Positions 9,201-19,622 are shown, numbered from the whole stretch's first letter. The stretch is 62,886 bases of DNA, filler included, from Thraustochytrium aureum (GCA_012862495.1; 4 parts of 2 records of this genome joined end to end with filler, not necessarily neighbours in it); one strand, 5' to 3'. Numbers and translations are program-made. Notes: generated by a model not told the origin, from the sequence alone.

Positions 9201-10667
9201 GACTGCGACTGCGACAATGGCAGCGACACCGCGAGCCGCGCAAGCGACACTGCGAGCCGCGCAAGCGACACTGCGAGCCGCGCAAGGGTCGCCACTAGCC
9301 GCGCAAGCGTCGCCGCTAGCCGTGCAAGCGACACCGCCAGCCGTGCAAGCGACACCGCCAGCCTCGCAAGCGACGACTCCAAAGTGGCCGTCATCATCCC
9401 CAAGGAAACTGTGGGCAGTCGCAAGCGGCCCCAAAGGAAATCCTTTTCTCCCCAGCTCGTGAGCATTGCAGCCGACGAGACAGTCAACATCAAGGAGGGT
9501 ACAGCGCACGATGTGAAATGCAAAGGCTGCCGACGCCCATGCTCGGTCGTCAGTACGCTTGGCCTCCGCAGTCGCGGCGGGATCGAGAAGGTCCTGTGGG
9601 AACTCACAAATGAGGGGGTCGAACACACGCTGGTTCGCGGTGAAAAGTGGGTCTCTGGAGACGACATCGTGGGCGTTCGCATTTGCCAGAAGGACGAGAG
9701 CTTTGTCGACATCAAGAAGGACAAGCCGCTCAGCAAGAAGACCGTTGTGCTTTGCCTGGTTTGCAGCACCCCACCCCCTGCGAACGACTCACTCCGCGAG
9801 GCGTCCAAGCACGAGCTGCCAGTGGTCGGCCATTGCAACTATTGCGACAGCGCCCTCAAGGTCTGGCCCATTGACCTCGAAAACAACTGCGCTCTCGGCA
9901 AGCCCAAGGACCCGCAGCAAAACTCCGAAAGCGTCAGGGTCGAAGCTGTAGCATCGTACCTGGACGGTCCGGCAAACGCCAACCTTCGTCTCGTGTGCGA
10001 CAGCAACGGGATGTACATGTTGCGAGCAGTTTCCGTGCAAAAGGCATACCTCTGCTTTGAGTGCACCAAGGCACGCAAGTCGGCCCCGCCGAGAGTGGAG
10101 ACGACAAGCCCAAGCAAATTTTCAACAGTTCACGTCATCAGGACAGAGGAACAGCGGAAAGTGACATGCAAGCGCGAGAAGCGGCGCATTCAGAACACTT
10201 CTCGCTCGAAGCTTCTGCTCGCTCCGCAGCTCTCGCGCGAGTCCAGGCCGCCCCAGGCCAATCCCATCTTTCAAAGCCTACCGCGTGGCCTCCAAGACCT
10301 CCTGGAAGGCGTGGAGATGTTGGGGGAAGGCGGGGCGTTCGACGTGGAGTGCATCATGAGCGAGAACGACTACTCGCTCATTCTAGCCATCAGCTACCTC
10401 AGGGACGTCAACAGCGCACTTGCGCGCCACCCATTACGGCAAGCCGACGCAAGCAAGGGGTTCGGGAGCGAGCTCTTTGCCAGCCAGGCATTCTTAGCTT
10501 GGCGAGAGTTCGACAGGGGCGTTGTTGATCATCATGCCGGCCTGCAGGTCTCCGATGTGAGCTCGACCTGGAAAAACTGGACGCTCACGTCGCCACCCAC
10601 GGGATCCGAAACCCACAGCGGCTGGGCCGCTTTCCTATCGTTCATTCGCAGGGAATTGTGTGAATAA
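6282..10667 (+). CDS. Large divergent superfamily-2 helicase with Cys-rich (putative Zn-binding) C-terminal modules
   Basis: Uninterrupted 1461-aa ORF. Q-like LRHCQ, motif I ATGAGKT, motif II DEAD, motif III LSGT, motif V RGFNVP, motif VI QMLGRLTR, and CxxC pairs CARC, CKGC, CLVC, CNYC, CFEC. Confidence 0.8.
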   Translation: MSDHSPREARKSDKRNTARESSERRKRSKSEEKKRKNDQNGKAQAKKPKLKSLIQAKVIDITKPDARKKLEESGAAVLDVASACQGLKSLNPRAKISDDDMEKNEALIAIAEYVKGANASTALPLRHCQTLVIDAIERGTVVQLLSTAEGTAEEEELQLGPLATTGGGLILPLATGAGKTLLSLLLAVLVHVGSMPVNLLDGASTLAEYLYHVVVLQRGVGDRVHDCVRAKNRAAPLYKTKTGKVRMMETSIFCGYNVQPAETFAGCLLNLVAALRDERMSRRLHRDVRMLVQKKAEERLRESVEIEIGWTERKFLAQAFLSGSVGIRITSGPSSGEVHVFKLGLELYSLLCDAKAGGSSADLPDILKVYPSMADTVLIDRIPYTPLAWILSRTATFWGSGRDKWKPMFPSTHDGSINSTIEDAHKTVLLIASVPSMRNPWDRLSSERWGKAIRDEADVANSEVKKTFEFFERLDAVVPTRFNLSGTIDVQSTPQVISRNILGSAYPFGFGLRDSVKNGYSSLPAIERYKVHGNANGNEHQSTSACFAALSHHNSELTTRAWFKPGPSEKETAVLRAMCQSIPYVGTVSFPKSSHVEHFKKSAVEYLRAKSEDDFPDGPRKELYHIFNKNGRGMFAGRLDSLGGGEWEDQAYVPLATDQVPIIPQRLVPLIDLQDQLMSWDDTLQDWKEHKAKDGSRPSAEEMLSAGPYNLLIVIHKNVRGFNVPLMSHFVAIRNHGVAENTFVQMLGRLTRNPDRAQITNHWAVQQWRLPAYREKQEADVTTYLAGTGHPWRKLLKFISVCDDPEHLLIAAEGLARNGLDAEMIGDMMGLRFVHCARCKVPLEQRSPVNEELVLTCKGAKNCASFELPCYAKCFERVSGPFRPAEYMPGPLSPAAPRSFSDDDASTIDSDSDMRCASKSTVYAVRDDRDDSHVSDERSKGDDGDCSVSDISEEEDEAAEWKPNKIDKFCDGSDCDCDNGSDTASRASDTASRASDTASRARVATSRASVAASRASDTASRASDTASLASDDSKVAVIIPKETVGSRKRPQRKSFSPQLVSIAADETVNIKEGTAHDVKCKGCRRPCSVVSTLGLRSRGGIEKVLWELTNEGVEHTLVRGEKWVSGDDIVGVRICQKDESFVDIKKDKPLSKKTVVLCLVCSTPPPANDSLREASKHELPVVGHCNYCDSALKVWPIDLENNCALGKPKDPQQNSESVRVEAVASYLDGPANANLRLVCDSNGMYMLRAVSVQKAYLCFECTKARKSAPPRVETTSPSKFSTVHVIRTEEQRKVTCKREKRRIQNTSRSKLLLAPQLSRESRPPQANPIFQSLPRGLQDLLEGVEMLGEGGAFDVECIMSENDYSLILAISYLRDVNSALARHPLRQADASKGFGSELFASQAFLAWREFDRGVVDHHAGLQVSDVSSTWKNWTLTSPPTGSETHSGWAAFLSFIRRELCE
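9222..9374 (+). repeat. In-frame 21-bp tandem repeat (~7 copies) encoding SDTASRA
   Basis: AGCGACACCGCGAGCCGCGCA-like units read directly. Confidence 0.9.
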
Positions 10668-11158
10668 GTGCGCGAGCGCTCGCTAATCAAATGATCGATT
10701 TGCAAAACCAGCTCGTCCGTTCCGAAGCGGTCCACCGCCACCACCGCCTACTCCACCACGTAGACGGCCACCTCGCGTTCAATCAGGGCGCGAAGCGGAC
10801 AGCATCCAAGCACTCACGAGTGCACCGCAGACTCGCGCGTCCTCGAGGAGTCCGCCTGCATTTGCGAGCGTTCAGATATCGTTCCGGGAACGATCTGCCG
10901 CTGGGAGCCATCGACTCCGCGAACGGTGCAGACGCCCATCGAGGCGCGCGAGGCGGCGGCGGCGGCGGCGGCGGCGGTGGTTTTCGGGGCAGGGCTTGCG
11001 CTTGGGCTCCTGCACGCTTTCACTGTGCGCGCGCTGTGAGCTGCTCGGCTCGGGCGCGTTTGCTCGGGCTGCTCGGGTCAGGTTTGTTTCTTGGTCGGCG
11101 GGACTGTGATACCCTGCGCTGGCGCGCGGCAACTGCGGCCGCGAAAGGACCGCGCGCG

Positions 11159-12885
11159 ATGGAGGCTGCCGCGGCTGGCGGGGAGGGGCTGCGGAGGGGA
11201 AGAAGCGCTGGCAGTGCCCCTCGGCCAAGTGTGGGTCGTACAACTATGACCAAACGAACCAAGGCGTGTTTTGCTCGGACTGCGGGGCTGTGATCGAGGA
11301 AAATGCCTTCGACCTCTCTGTGAGCTTCACGGACAACCAGGACGGGTCGCGGTCCATGAACGGGCAGTTTGTGAGCAACATGTGCACGACGCCGTACCGG
11401 TTCGGCGGCGCGGGCGGCGTGGGGTACAGCCGCGAGTCGCGCGAGGTCACGATCGCAAACGGCAAGAAGCGCATTCAGCAGCTGGCGGCGGCGCTCAAAC
11501 TCAACCACTTTGTGGACGCGGCTCACCGGCTCTTCTTGTCGGCGGTCCAGCGCAACTTTGTGCACGGCCGGAAGACGAGCAACGTAGTTGCAGCGTGCCT
11601 GTACATCGTGTGCCGGCAGCGCAACTCGTCGCACCTTCTCATTGACTTTAGCGATGTGCTGCAGACCAACGTATACGTCCTGGGCAACTGCTTTTTAAAG
11701 TTTCGCCGCCTACTCAACCTGGAGCTGCCCGCCATCGACCCGGTGCACTACATAGATCGCTTTGCCGCGAAGCTCGAGTTTGGCGAAAAGACCCACGATG
11801 TGGCCAAAACCGCGCACAAGCTCGTGGCCCGCATGAAGCGCGACTGGATACAGACGGGCCGCCGGCCCTCTGGCGTGTGCGGTGCCGCGCTCATCATCGC
11901 AGCGCGCATGCACGGCTTTCATCGGACCCAGCGCGAGGTCGTCAACGTGATGAAGATCTGTGAGGAGACGCTGCGCAAGCGCCTCGTCGAATTCGAGGCG
12001 ACGCCGTCCGGCAGCCTGACGGTTGAGGAATTTTTGCAGATCGACCTCCAGGACGAGGCCAACCCGCCTTCTTTCACGCGGAACAGGACCCGAGAGCAGA
12101 AGTTGATAGAGGACGAGCAGCGCCGCCAAGAGTTGCTTCTTGCTGGTGCAACGCCCGAGACCCTCCAGCTCAATGCAGCAGCAGCTGCTGCTGTCGCTGC
12201 TGCGGAAGCAGCGAACGCCGAGGCGCTGGCGGGCTCTGGCCAGCCAGAAAGCGAGGCCGCAGCGCAGAGCAAGCGCGCCGCGCTGCAAGCTGAGCGCGAA
12301 AAGGCGCAAGAGGACATGTACAGCACGCTCGAACAAGAGCTGGAGGAGTCGCTCAAGTGCTTTGAGGAGCAGCAAAGCGCAGTCGAGGACCCCGACCTTG
12401 TGGGCAGTCTCGCGGCAGCGCTTGTGCCTGCTGACGCCGCCAGTGAGCCGCCGAGCCCCGTCCAGGCCAAGTCGCCGGACGAGATCGCGAAGCAGGTGAT
12501 CTCGAACCCGAACAAGCTCCCCCAAGTGCCTCACAAACAAGGCGGTGTCGTGTACAAGAAGGGCACCGAGATTCTCCTGGAAACAACCGCGGCGGAGGAC
12601 GACGAGCTCTTCGAAGACGAGATCGACGACATCCTCCTCAAGCCGGCCGAGTCGCGCGTGAAGAAGGTGCTCTGGACCGTCCAGAACAAAGCTTATTTGG
12701 AGAAGGAGCGCCAGGACCGTATCGACGGCAAGGTGAAGCGGAAGCGCAAGCGCAAAAAGCCTGGCGTTGTCGGGCCGCCCGTTGCTGGGGAGCCAGGGCA
12801 GCCCGGGCCGGCAGCTGAGGGCCGCAACAAAATGTCCAAGAAGATCAACTACGACAACTGGAAAAAGCTCTTTGAGACCAGCTGA
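11159..12885 (+). CDS. BRF1: Transcription factor IIIB 90 kDa subunit BRF1 (apparent 1-nt frameshift in a G-run near 11185)
   Basis: Zn ribbon CPSAKCGS...VFCSDCG, cyclin folds (NFVHGRKTSNVVAACLYIVCR, MKRDWIQTGRRPSGVCGAAL) and C-terminal SKKINYD. The ATG at 11159 joins the main frame if one G is added. Confidence 0.95.
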
Positions 12886-13638
12886 CCCTGGCCAAGTGCC
12901 GCCTGTATCAAGAAACGCTCTAGCAAGGAAAACAACGTCAAGCAACGCAGAACCTCGTTTGCGCCGTCTTTGCAGCGTGCCCGACGGCGCCGAGCGGTTC
13001 TGTTGGACAAGGCGCACCAAACGATTCTATCCCTCGCTCGACCTTCTGACTGCAACTACCATTGTGGGCTTACAAAAGACGGAGCACCGAGATCCCCAAC
13101 CGAGCAGCCGAAGCCCTCAGTCATGCTGATCCATGTGGACTTGCGACGAAAGCGACGATTCGCGCCTCCATCCGCGCGAGACCGATTCGATAGCGGACCT
13201 ACGAAAGGAAGAATTGTTTTCTATGGGAAAGAGACGTCGAGGAATCGCTGTGCCGTGACCATGACCCGTGTTCCGCGTGCACGAGCAAGGCTTTTCGCTC
13301 GGTTGCAGTTAGCCACCTTTCTTTCTACCTCCAGCTCGTAAATCGATCCACAGCAGAAAATCGATCCACAGCAGGAGCAGTGCGTAAAGAAAGGTAATCA
13401 GGCACAGACGAACGACGGTTCGCTTTGGACAACAAGCGCTCGCTGCATTTTAATTTCTTATCCTTGATTGCGCTGTTGGTGCTGCCTGACCTAGGTTGGG
13501 CAGCGTTGTTCTTTCACGTTGCTTTTGAGGTCGCACCTCCCGAGTATCAAGCTAAATAAAGTTGCAAGTTGGTTGCAAGTTGCTGCGGTGCGGGCGAGGT
13601 CTCTCCTGTTCCGACGTGTTGGTTTTGGCAGTTTCAGC

Positions 13639-14540
13639 TCAAATTGGGCCGCCAACGTTTGAGCGGCGCCGGCCCTTCCAGTTCGCAACGACCAAGTCAA
13701 TCGACGACGCGTTGGTGCCGATGTGAAAGTCACTTTCTACCATGATCCACACCGACGCCTTGAACGAGCCCGTAAACTCCAGGTCAAAGGTCTGGTCGTT
13801 GTCCTTGCGCTGGCCGTCTGAAAGCAGAACCAATTGGCTCTTCGCCGGGTCCAGGCCGAGCCGAGGCATAATCTTACTCTCAACGACCTGGCGCGTAAGC
13901 TCGCAGTACCATTCTGGGTGCTCTTTGTTGGTGTATAGCGACATGAAAACCGCGCAGTTGCCCTCGAACGAGCGGCTGTGCACCGAGACGATCTGAACGC
14001 CCGGACGGGCTCGGCGAACGGTGTCAAGAAAGGCAAGCGCCTCCTCGCGCGCGACAGGGTTTGGCACCAGTGTGGCCCATTTGCCCGGGTCGTCCAGCGC
14101 CACATTTGAGTAAAAGGCCTGCTCGGCGTGGATGTGCGCGCGGCACCGGCTGGGCAAAGGGTACAGGGCGCCAACCAGCTCGCCGTGGATGGGGACCTCT
14201 ACGTTTGAGAGGTCCGCGAACTCGTGCAGCCATCGAAACCACGTGGTGCTCGGTCCCTTGTAGTCTATCAACGGGAGCCAGTCGTCCAGCACAAGGTACC
14301 GCAGCTCCGGGTCTCGCCGCACCAGCTCCAGCGCCTTGTACACTTCAATCAACTTGTTAAAATTCTGCCCGTACTCCCCGTACATCGCCAAGCACGGCAG
14401 CGTGCGCCACACGGCGCGATCCGCCATCCTGAGCGCCACGAGCACGGCCGCGGCCACCGACATGCACTTGAGTGCCTGCCTGCGCGTCCAGCGTCGCACC
14501 GATGTGGCCCAGGTCGAGCTCGCGCCCTTGGCGCGCCGCG
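13639..14540 (-). CDS. Putative O-fucosyltransferase-like (GT-B) glycosyltransferase (5' end at gap)
   Basis: N-terminal hydrophobic anchor, plus GQNFNKL, VSVHSR, LLSDG and SDFHIGTNASS, resembling GDP-fucose binding motifs of POFUT/NodZ-like enzymes. Confidence 0.55.
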
Positions 14541-15044
14541 NNNNNNNNNNNNNNNNNNNNNNNNNNNNNNNNNNNNNNNNNNNNNNNNNNNNNNNNNNNN
14601 NNNNNNNNNNNNNNNNNNNNNNNNNNNNNNNNNNNNNNNNNNNNNNNNNNNNNNNNNNNNNNNNNNNNNNNNNNNNNNNNNNNNNNNNNNNNNNNNNNNN
14701 NNNNNNNNNNNNNNNNNNNNNNNNNNNNNNNNNNNNNNNNNNNNNNNNNNNNNNNNNNNNNNNNNNNNNNNNNNNNNNNNNNNNNNNNNNNNNNNNNNNN
14801 NNNNNNNNNNNNNNNNNNNNNNNNNNNNNNNNNNNNNNNNNNNNNNNNNNNNNNNNNNNNNNNNNNNNNNNNNNNNNNNNNNNNNNNNNNNNNNNNNNNN
14901 NNNNNNNNNNNNNNNNNNNNNNNNNNNNNNNNNNNNNNNNNNNNNNNNNNNNNNNNNNNNNNNNNNNNNNNNNNNNNNNNNNNNNNNNNNNNNNNNNNNN
15001 NNNNNNNNNNNNNNNNNNNNNNNNNNNNNNNNNNNNNNNNNNNC

Positions 15045-15500
15045 GAGGAGTACGACATTCGGGTTGCATATCAGAGCAAGCACTATGTGCGAACGCCGGC
15101 AACAGATGCTGCTGTGCTTGCCCGGTTCACGGCTGATGGGCCCTACGACCTCCTCGTCTTCAGCGCGCACGGCATGGAGGCCACGCCGCCGCGTTTCGTG
15201 GACGGTGAGGCCAAGCGGGACCAAATGCCGCGCTTTTTCGAGGAGCTTCTCAGCAAACACGAAGGACTGACTATTGCAATGTACACCCCGGTGGGGTACG
15301 CTTTGCCGTCCTCTTCGCTGCACGACTATGTTATAGGGCGGTCTCTAGGCGGCGATGAGTCTATCTTGGCCATGACCACGCAGTTCTTTTTCAGTCGAGG
15401 GATTACGCCTGGGGAGCCTCCAAACCAGTCGTTTGCCCCGTTCGAGGCCGAAATGCTCACCATCCTCGTATTGCTTTCGTACGACTCCATGTTCAAGTAG
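15045..15500 (+). CDS. Hypothetical protein, C-terminal part (5' in gap)
   Basis: Open frame from the gap edge to TAG with globular-looking sequence (YDLLVFSAHG). No family recognised. Confidence 0.5.
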   Translation, partial: EEYDIRVAYQSKHYVRTPATDAAVLARFTADGPYDLLVFSAHGMEATPPRFVDGEAKRDQMPRFFEELLSKHEGLTIAMYTPVGYALPSSSLHDYVIGRSLGGDESILAMTTQFFFSRGITPGEPPNQSFAPFEAEMLTILVLLSYDSMFK

Positions 15501-15616
15501 GCGCCTTCAGGGCGGTGCCGTCGTTGGGGTGTCGGGAGCGGCGGAAGCGAATACAAGGTTGCGCCTGCTTCCAATGTCTGTTTTCACGTCTCTAGCGAGA
15601 GAGGGCTCTGTTGGAG

Positions 15617-15781
15617 GCCGAGAAAGGAGACAGCTGCAGCAAGCCGCTTGGTTTCCATGCTGCCCCAAATAGAGCGCTCGATGCGCTGGCGGCTCAATTG
15701 TAAGCCGAGAAAGGAGACAGCTGCAGCACGCCGCTTGGTTTCCATGCTGCCCCAAATAGAACGCTCGATGCGCTGGCGGCT
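15617..15781 (+). repeat. Tandem direct duplication, two 78-bp copies with 87-bp period
   Basis: GCCGAGAAAGGAGACAGCTGCAGC...GATGCGCTGGCGGCT at 15617-15694 and 15704-15781, with 2 mismatches. Confidence 0.9.
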
Positions 15782-16556
15782 GTGGCCCGTACGATCTTTG
15801 CGTTGACCCGTGACAGCGCCACCCTCTCTCTAGCTAGCTTCAGTCGACGCGTGTAGGTGGCGACATCCATTCGTTGTTGCAAAGCTGCAGTTTGTTGTGA
15901 GAAAAGGATACTCAACTCCCTTCTTTCCAAGTATCCGCGCTCCGCTCCGTACAGTGTTTGCAATGACTTAGCCAAGCCAAGGCGACCTGTTGCTTCTGTA
16001 GCCTTGTGCTTTTGCAACGCAACATGGCATCTTGCGCGTCACAGAAGCTTGACCCTGGCCACCTCAGCGCACCGACCGTGCTCCCCCGCCGCGCCCTCAT
16101 TCAGAGACCTCCATCACGAAATGATCCGCTCCGACAAGCCATCGTCAGGGCAGCCATCCACGGCCGAGTTGATCATCGCCAGGCCGGCCATCCATGGGCG
16201 AGTTGATTACACTGCATGGTGTTACTGGGGTTAACTGCGAGAGAAAGTGTAGTAGGAGTTTGGCAGCAGCCAGAGACGGGACATCTCTGCGCGCGACGGA
16301 GGCCGCGTGCCGAAGAGCCCCCAGACCAGTCCCATAGGAACCAGACTGACAGCGAAAAGTCTAAAGATGACGCAGCGCCTGGCGGATCACGGCCTTGCGA
16401 TGGTGATGACACGAAACGACCGCGACAAAACTTGTTGACGATAACCCTCGAATCGAAATAGTTGCACCAAGCAACCTCTTCGTGGAGCAGCCGGAGATAA
16501 CCAGCTGAAGCCTGCGTGCGTTGATCACCCATCGTCTGGGTGGCCGCGTTGACCAT
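15694..16556 (-). pseudogene. Decayed coding repeat, copy B; possible non-LTR retrotransposon RT relic
   Basis: Shares the SGSYGTGLG..HAAS.ARRDV peptide with 4841-4986 and carries stops and frameshifts. Weak RT-like motif order: YFDS, SVARRDVPS, CPDD, KIVRAT...VLFGAAW. Confidence 0.4.
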
Positions 16557-16757
16557 CGCTCACGATTTGTTCCTGTCGCTACTGGGGCGCCCTTCAACGG
16601 TCGTTGAAATGTTCTCGTTTCCAACGAGAGCGCGGCAGAGCAGAGACAGTCCTCGAGCAAGCCCGTGGCGCATCGGAGGAGAGCGGGCCGCGACTGGGGA
16701 ATCGTAGGCCGAGGCAGCAGCGCGGGGCTTGGTGCGTGTTGGTAGCGGCCTTGTAAA

Positions 16758-17333
16758 ATGACTTCGTGCGCGAACGCGATCAAGAGCTGGGAGGAGGCGA
16801 CCGGGTCGCCAGCGAGCGAGGCCGAGGTTGTCAAGCTGTACTGCCAGGTGCCGCCGATCGTCAAGCTGGACAACTCGCTGAATAATTTAAGCAAATGCCA
16901 GCACCTGGCGCTCTCGACCAACGCGATTGAGAGGCTCATCCCGCTGGGAGGGATGACCAGCTTGAGGATTCTCTCCATCGGGCGCAACAACCTCAAGCGC
17001 TTCGAAAAGCTCGAGGAGAACGCAGCGACGCTCCGCGAGATCTGGGCTTCGTACAACCAGATTTCCTCCCTAGACGGCCTTTCAGGCCTGCCCAACCTCG
17101 AGGTCCTGTACCTCTCCAACAACAGCATCGCCAAGTGGGAGGAGCTCGAGAAACTCGCCGCGTGCGCCAACCTCAAGGATATTCTGCTCGTGGGCAACCC
17201 AATCTATGACGATATGAGCGCGGAGGACGCCCGCATTCAGGTCTTGAAGCGCATGGCGGCCAACGTGAATCTGGTCAAGATCGACAACGTGCTCATCAAG
17301 CCGCGCGAGCGCGAGGCCGCGGCAGAGGCGTAG
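16758..17333 (+). CDS. DNAL1: Dynein axonemal light chain 1 (LC1, LRR protein)
   Basis: 191 aa with VKLYCQVPPIVKLD, LALSTNAIE, LSIGRNNLK, WASYNQI, LYLSNNSI and LLVGNPI, typical of DNAL1/LC1. Confidence 0.95.
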   Translation: MTSCANAIKSWEEATGSPASEAEVVKLYCQVPPIVKLDNSLNNLSKCQHLALSTNAIERLIPLGGMTSLRILSIGRNNLKRFEKLEENAATLREIWASYNQISSLDGLSGLPNLEVLYLSNNSIAKWEELEKLAACANLKDILLVGNPIYDDMSAEDARIQVLKRMAANVNLVKIDNVLIKPREREAAAEA

Positions 17334-17495
17334 TCGCGCCCGGGGCACGGCGCCACCTGTTTCTACTATAGTAAAAAAGAAATGATCTGACGACGTCGCG
17401 ATGGTCCACGACGGAAGCCACCTGTTATCGTTCTAGAGTATATGAAAAAGGAAGAGAAGGCATCCAACGTGATCCGGTGCACGACGCAAGCGGGC

Positions 17496-19040
17496 TCAGT
17501 CCAGCGCGGACTTTTTCTGGTGCTGCGGCCCCAAGAGCATGCTGTGCGTCTCAATGATATAATCGTAGCAGCCAGGTGGCACCGGACTCACTTGCTTGCG
17601 CCTCCCCTCAAACAGAGCCCGCGAGCCGATCAAGTGGGCTCGGCCGCCCACGTTCCCAAGCGCCTCGCAGCCTTCGCGCAGGTCGAGCCAAGTAATAGCG
17701 TCAATTTCGCCGCTCTTGAAAGCGCCGGAGAATGTGTCGAGCACGGCGTGCAACTTTTTGTGCGGGCGACCGCACGCCCGAAACCCTCTGAGCGCCTTGA
17801 ACACAGCCAGAGTGCCAGCCTCCTGCTCCGGCGCGACTGGAGGGACGAGCCCGTTGTTGACGAGACGGACAGCCAATTCGTGGCGAGCGATGCCGAGGCA
17901 GAGATCGCGCAGCATTGTGGCCCCGCTCCAGATGTAGCCGCCTTCCTTAGTAGCGCGAAACTCGAGCGCCTTCCGTGCGACCATGGCCGCCTCCAACGAC
18001 CGCGCGCACGTGGGCGGCCCACCAGCGCAAAAGGTCGAGTCGATCTGCTCGACGGCGGCGAGCGCGTGGTTTCTGATCCGCGCAGCAAAGCAAGTCTTCA
18101 CCGGGATTACCAGCGCGCACTGCTTGGCCCACCCGGCGTCGCCCAGAGACGCACATCCGCGACACTGGCACGTGTCCGGGTTCGGGTCGACGCTTACCAC
18201 GCACCCCGGTGGCCCAACGGCGAGCAAGATTCCGCCGTGCTTGGACGCCGACTCTAAGAACTGCTTTGCTTGCTTGCTCAGCTTGACTTGGCCTGACTGG
18301 TCAATTTTTTTCATAAAAGTCATGCGCTCCTCGGGCCCGGCGTGCGTCCAGCCTTTCCGTGCACCGCTCTCCGTTTTGGCTTTCTTCGTGGCATGCGAGG
18401 CCACAGACGCCAAGCTTGAACGTTTTGAAGAGCCCTTGGCGGCAGCGCCCCGCCGCCGCTGCTGCTGCAGTGGGCTCTGTTCCTGTTTGATGCCCGCACT
18501 AGCACCATCGCTGCCAGGCGCGCGCGGCGGGCGCGAGTCGATCGGGATCCAGAGGTTCGGGCGGTTCTCTTGCTCCGAGAGGTCGTCCTCTACATAGTCT
18601 TCGTCATCCTCTTCCGAGGCGCTGCCCTCCTCGTAGGCGTCGTCTTCGGAAGCGAACGCGGACGCACCGCTGGGCGAGTCCGGCGCCACCCAGGTCTTCT
18701 GCTTCGAGGCCCGGATCGCAGATCTCCGCCGCGGCCGCGCCTCGCCGGCGCTCTCCGGCGCTGCCTCTTTATTCACGTCACGCTCTGCGAGCGCACGCCG
18801 CCCTGTGGCTTTGGCGCGTTTCGTAGCAGCTGCTTCCGGCGCCGATTCCCCACCGCCAATCCCGCCCGCGGGTACCTTCCGAGACCGCTGTATCTCGCGA
18901 GCCTCCAGCCTGGCGCGGATGCTGTCCATGCGCTCGCATACCTCTTGAAACAGTTCGCCGGTCTCGCCGGTCCCCTCGCGAAGGTCCGCGAAGAGCGTCT
19001 CGAAGTCGTCGTCAACGCGGGTCAAAACCATCCCATCCAT
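17496..19040 (-). CDS. Hypothetical protein (disordered acidic/basic N-half, globular C-half)
   Basis: Long ORF with ATG at 19040. No family recognised. Confidence 0.7.
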   Translation of the reverse strand: MDGMVLTRVDDDFETLFADLREGTGETGELFQEVCERMDSIRARLEAREIQRSRKVPAGGIGGGESAPEAAATKRAKATGRRALAERDVNKEAAPESAGEARPRRRSAIRASKQKTWVAPDSPSGASAFASEDDAYEEGSASEEDDEDYVEDDLSEQENRPNLWIPIDSRPPRAPGSDGASAGIKQEQSPLQQQRRRGAAAKGSSKRSSLASVASHATKKAKTESGARKGWTHAGPEERMTFMKKIDQSGQVKLSKQAKQFLESASKHGGILLAVGPPGCVVSVDPNPDTCQCRGCASLGDAGWAKQCALVIPVKTCFAARIRNHALAAVEQIDSTFCAGGPPTCARSLEAAMVARKALEFRATKEGGYIWSGATMLRDLCLGIARHELAVRLVNNGLVPPVAPEQEAGTLAVFKALRGFRACGRPHKKLHAVLDTFSGAFKSGEIDAITWLDLREGCEALGNVGGRAHLIGSRALFEGRRKQVSPVPPGCYDYIIETHSMLLGPQHQKKSALD

Positions 19041-19622
19041 CCTTGCCCACGCGTTGCCCGAGGAGCGAGTGGCGCGCACGAGACCAAGGCAGGCCGGTCG
19101 CTCGCCGCCTGCGCTATCGTGCGAAAGCGCCGCGGCCCCGGGCCGATCCGCACTGCCGCCGTCCGCTCGCTCGCGGCCGTGTTCGGTGTCTGCTCAGACT
19201 GCGTTGCTGTCTGTCAAAAGTGGTGGAAAAGGTGCTCCAAGTTTGAAAAAAACGCCCGATTCTCGCGCTGCTCGAGGCCCTGGCGGCGGGCGGGCGGGCT
19301 GGCGAGCAGGGTTTGACGATCCAGGGCCCGGCAGGCGGTGGGAGTTGCCTCAAGTCCTTCGGTTTGGTTTCGAGGCCCACCGCTCTGCCGGCTCGGCGCG
19401 CGCCTTGGAAAGTCACGTCGAAACTCGAAGCCCGCTCTCGAGCTTCCGTTGCTTGAGCTGCGAGAATTGGCCGGCTTGCGACCGCCCGCTTGGCTCGATG
19501 CGGGCGAATCGAGCATTGGGCGAGCCGCATTGAACGAGCCGTCGGGAGGGGGGAAGGCTTGCCGGCCTTGTCTTGCGCGCTCTGGTTTGTTGCAACTGGG
19601 CGCACCAAAGCTTGCCTGACCA

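Noticed and set aside
6282..10667. Canonical DEAD-box RNA helicase call
   Set aside because: Despite the literal DEAD, it lacks PTRELA, SAT and HRIGRTGR. Motifs V and VI are of the ResIII/Irc3 type.
10668..11158. Right-hand terminal inverted repeat for the helicase locus
   Set aside because: No inverted TCGCCA cluster or clear TSD was found downstream of the ORF, so element boundaries are unsupported.
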